A DNA stretch of 60,605 bases, counting the filler, from a candidate division TA06 bacterium SM23_40 (GTDB lineage: Bacteria; LJUI01; SM1-40), in assembly GCA_001303705.1 (NCBI GenBank). It is 7 parts of 7 records of this genome, joined end to end, with 100 filler letters (N's around TTAATTAATTAA, not from the genome) between each part and the next. Parts side by side here need not be neighbours in the genome. Positions count along the whole stretch, not along the records: positions 54,831 to 60,605 come from LJUI01000156.1; 6 more parts are not named here. One strand, given 5' to 3'. Position 1 is the stretch's first letter, and each line of letters begins with the position of its first letter. Positions 58,709 to 60,605 of this stretch are shown piece after piece. The position numbers and the translations under genes are program-made. The notes beneath the pieces are model-generated. The model was not told the origin of the DNA, made no database searches, and was given only the letters and a program-made list of their open reading frames with translations.

Positions 58709-60370
58709 ATGAGATACTTCCACGTGGAGGGCACGTTTCGACTGCATATCACAGGAATAGTACTCCTGGCGGTACTGCTGTCATCCGCTCTGCCTCTCCG
58801 CGCGGCCGCCGCACGTGTGGAAGAAGACTGGACCGTGTACGGCGACCTCCGCTATGTCCACTCTATTGCCATCGCCCCCGACTACGTCTACTTCGGCACC
58901 GGGGGAGGGCTCGCCCGGTTCAACAGGCTGAAGGAGCAGTGGGAGACGCCGGCCTCCACGCCCCAAGGCCTGCCGGACCTTCATATAGTCCTCATCGGGA
59001 TCGATCCTCTGGCCCGCACGGTCTGGACATGCACACCTTCGGGCATCTATCTGTACGATCCCGCCTTCGAATCGTTCTCATCCGTGGAGACCCCGTTCTC
59101 GACCGGCAATGCCCACTCAATCGGCTTCGAGGAGGAGAGCGTCTGGATCATCATCGACCGCACCGCGCGGCGGTATGGGCGGGAGGACCGCACATGGACG
59201 AGAGGTGGGGCGCCGCCCTCGGATCTCATCTGGTTCGGAGCCGCCGGCTCAGTCTCACTCGACGATCCGGCATACAGTTTCGTCTCGCCCCTCCACTTTC
59301 GCGACTATGATCTCAATACATTCCCTCTCTCTGCCGCGGCGAGGGACGGGGACGAGCTCTGGGTGGGCTCGCTGGGATACGGAGTGAGCAGATACAGTGT
59401 TCTCATGCTGGACCGCGAGCACTGGCTTCTCGGGCCCGCGGGGATCGATATCACTGCGCTGGCCAGGGACGGCGGCACCATCTGGATGGCCGGATCCGGC
59501 TCCATCGGCCTTACAGTTACCAGTTGGGAGACAGAGAGAGGAGCATGGGAGGATCTGCCGCAGCCGATGCCTGGTGAGGGATCCGATCTCCGCGCCACCT
59601 CCCTCCTCGCGGAGCGGCGGTACCTCTGGCTCGGCACCGACCAGGGGCTCTTCGCCTACGATATGGACAAGGGAAGGTGGAAGCGGCGTCTGTTGCCCGG
59701 CAGGGGACGGGATGCCGCAGTATACGGACTCTCCGTGCGGGGCGACACTCTCTGGGCGGCGACCGAGGCAGGACCGGCCTGGATGTCCATCAAGAACTGG
59801 GGATCGGCACTCCTCCCCATCGCCGATTCGACCGGCGCCCAGGTTTCCGATCAGGCCACGTTCGACGTTGCCGTTGAGGGCGGATATCTCTGGTTCGCCT
59901 CTGATCGCGGCATCTACTTATATGACCTCGAGGAAGGGAAGTGGCGGCTCCTCGACAATCCGCCGGGGCTCCTCAGCCACGATGCGATCCGGATCATGCC
60001 CGACCCCGAGACAGGCGAGATCCTGTTTGCAACGCGCCACGGCGTCGCCGTGTACGACAGGGACGAAAGCACGTGGGTGGAGGCACTTGCCCCCGGCGGG
60101 CTCACAGGCCAGATCCTCGCTGCGGCGGCCGACCGCACGAGTATCTGGTGCGGCACCCGACACGAGCTACTCCGCTTCGACAGGGGAACCACCTCGTGGG
60201 AGACGTTCCCCACCGACGAGTGGTTGCCGCGGGGCACCATCCAGGCCATCTCCTCGGACGGAGATTACCTCTGGTGCGGTACACCCGCGGGTCTGGCCCG
60301 GTTCGACTTCGAGCGCCCTATCAGTAGGGACTGGCGGGGTCACGACTCGACAGAGAGCGATAGGCAATGA
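58709..60370 (+). CDS. Exported beta-propeller protein (two-component-regulator-propeller-like)
   Basis: Signal peptide; repeated LW.GT..GL..(Y/F)D blades. Confidence 0.8.
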   Translation: MRYFHVEGTFRLHITGIVLLAVLLSSALPLRAAAARVEEDWTVYGDLRYVHSIAIAPDYVYFGTGGGLARFNRLKEQWETPASTPQGLPDLHIVLIGIDPLARTVWTCTPSGIYLYDPAFESFSSVETPFSTGNAHSIGFEEESVWIIIDRTARRYGREDRTWTRGGAPPSDLIWFGAAGSVSLDDPAYSFVSPLHFRDYDLNTFPLSAAARDGDELWVGSLGYGVSRYSVLMLDREHWLLGPAGIDITALARDGGTIWMAGSGSIGLTVTSWETERGAWEDLPQPMPGEGSDLRATSLLAERRYLWLGTDQGLFAYDMDKGRWKRRLLPGRGRDAAVYGLSVRGDTLWAATEAGPAWMSIKNWGSALLPIADSTGAQVSDQATFDVAVEGGYLWFASDRGIYLYDLEEGKWRLLDNPPGLLSHDAIRIMPDPETGEILFATRHGVAVYDRDESTWVEALAPGGLTGQILAAAADRTSIWCGTRHELLRFDRGTTSWETFPTDEWLPRGTIQAISSDGDYLWCGTPAGLARFDFERPISRDWRGHDSTESDRQ

Positions 60371-60605
60371 CATTCGAACAAGCACAACATCTCCTCTATA
60401 GTCTCATCGACTACGAGAAGAAGACCGTCGCGCTCTACTACGGGCCGCCGGCGTACGATCTCGAAGCCTTCCGTGCGTTCCTCCACGAGTTGGGTGATCC
60501 TCACGATCACGTGCCGTTCCCCATACTCGTCTCCGGAACAAAGGGGAAAGGCTCGACGGCAGCAATGCTTTCATCAGTTCTGCGCGAGGCCGGCCATCGG
60601 GTGGG
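60367..60605 (+). CDS. folC: Folylpolyglutamate/dihydrofolate synthase, N-terminus (runs off window; absent from the ORF track)
   Basis: Manual translation MTFEQAQHLLYSLIDYE...LHELGDPH...VSGTKGKGSTAAMLSSVLREAGHRV; ATGA overlap with the upstream gene. Confidence 0.9.
   Translation, partial: MTFEQAQHLLYSLIDYEKKTVALYYGPPAYDLEAFRAFLHELGDPHDHVPFPILVSGTKGKGSTAAMLSSVLREAGHRV

Overview
This window is not one contiguous locus. It is seven assembly pieces from a GC-rich bacterial genome, joined by artificial 100-bp N spacers that carry TTAATTAATTAA. FlgD-Ig/T9SS-type C-terminal domains, a PorX-like receiver-PglZ regulator, a C25-like peptidase, a DUF5916 barrel and the ileS-dksA-lspA order suggest an FCB-superphylum lineage (inference). 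Piece 1 (1-20485): GNAT, TolC plus RND with no adaptor, an exported M16 protease pair, a Cys/His-rich leader ORF plus an OprC-type copper TonB-dependent receptor, and a convergent TPR-rich operon. Piece 2: Mop, CoA-binding protein, secreted beta-helix protein, NamZ, flavin reductase, DinB, serine hydrolase. Piece 3: HAD, HDIG, TIGR04076, ogt, SDR, DUF355, DUF5916. Piece 4: lipoprotein, TPR, ileS-dksA-lspA, cysteine desulfurase-mnmA. Piece 5: cluster of secreted proteases. Piece 6: multi-GAF diguanylate cyclase, histidine kinase, PorX-like regulator. Piece 7: nfi end, Zn-ribbon protein, HAD, acpS, nnr, beta-propeller, folC start. Best leads: (i) a probable copper-sensing ribosome-arrest leader peptide (12 Cys, C-terminal HGPP, C-rich 3' end) upstream of the OprC-like receptor; (ii) an unnamed ~110-aa C-terminal domain shared by four unrelated exported-type proteins, a candidate sorting or anchoring signal; (iii) a diguanylate cyclase coupled to a PorX-type system; (iv) recurrent degenerate tandem arrays at gene ends. 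I recognised no rRNA, tRNA, CRISPR array or transposase. All family calls come from motif recognition by eye, not from database searches.
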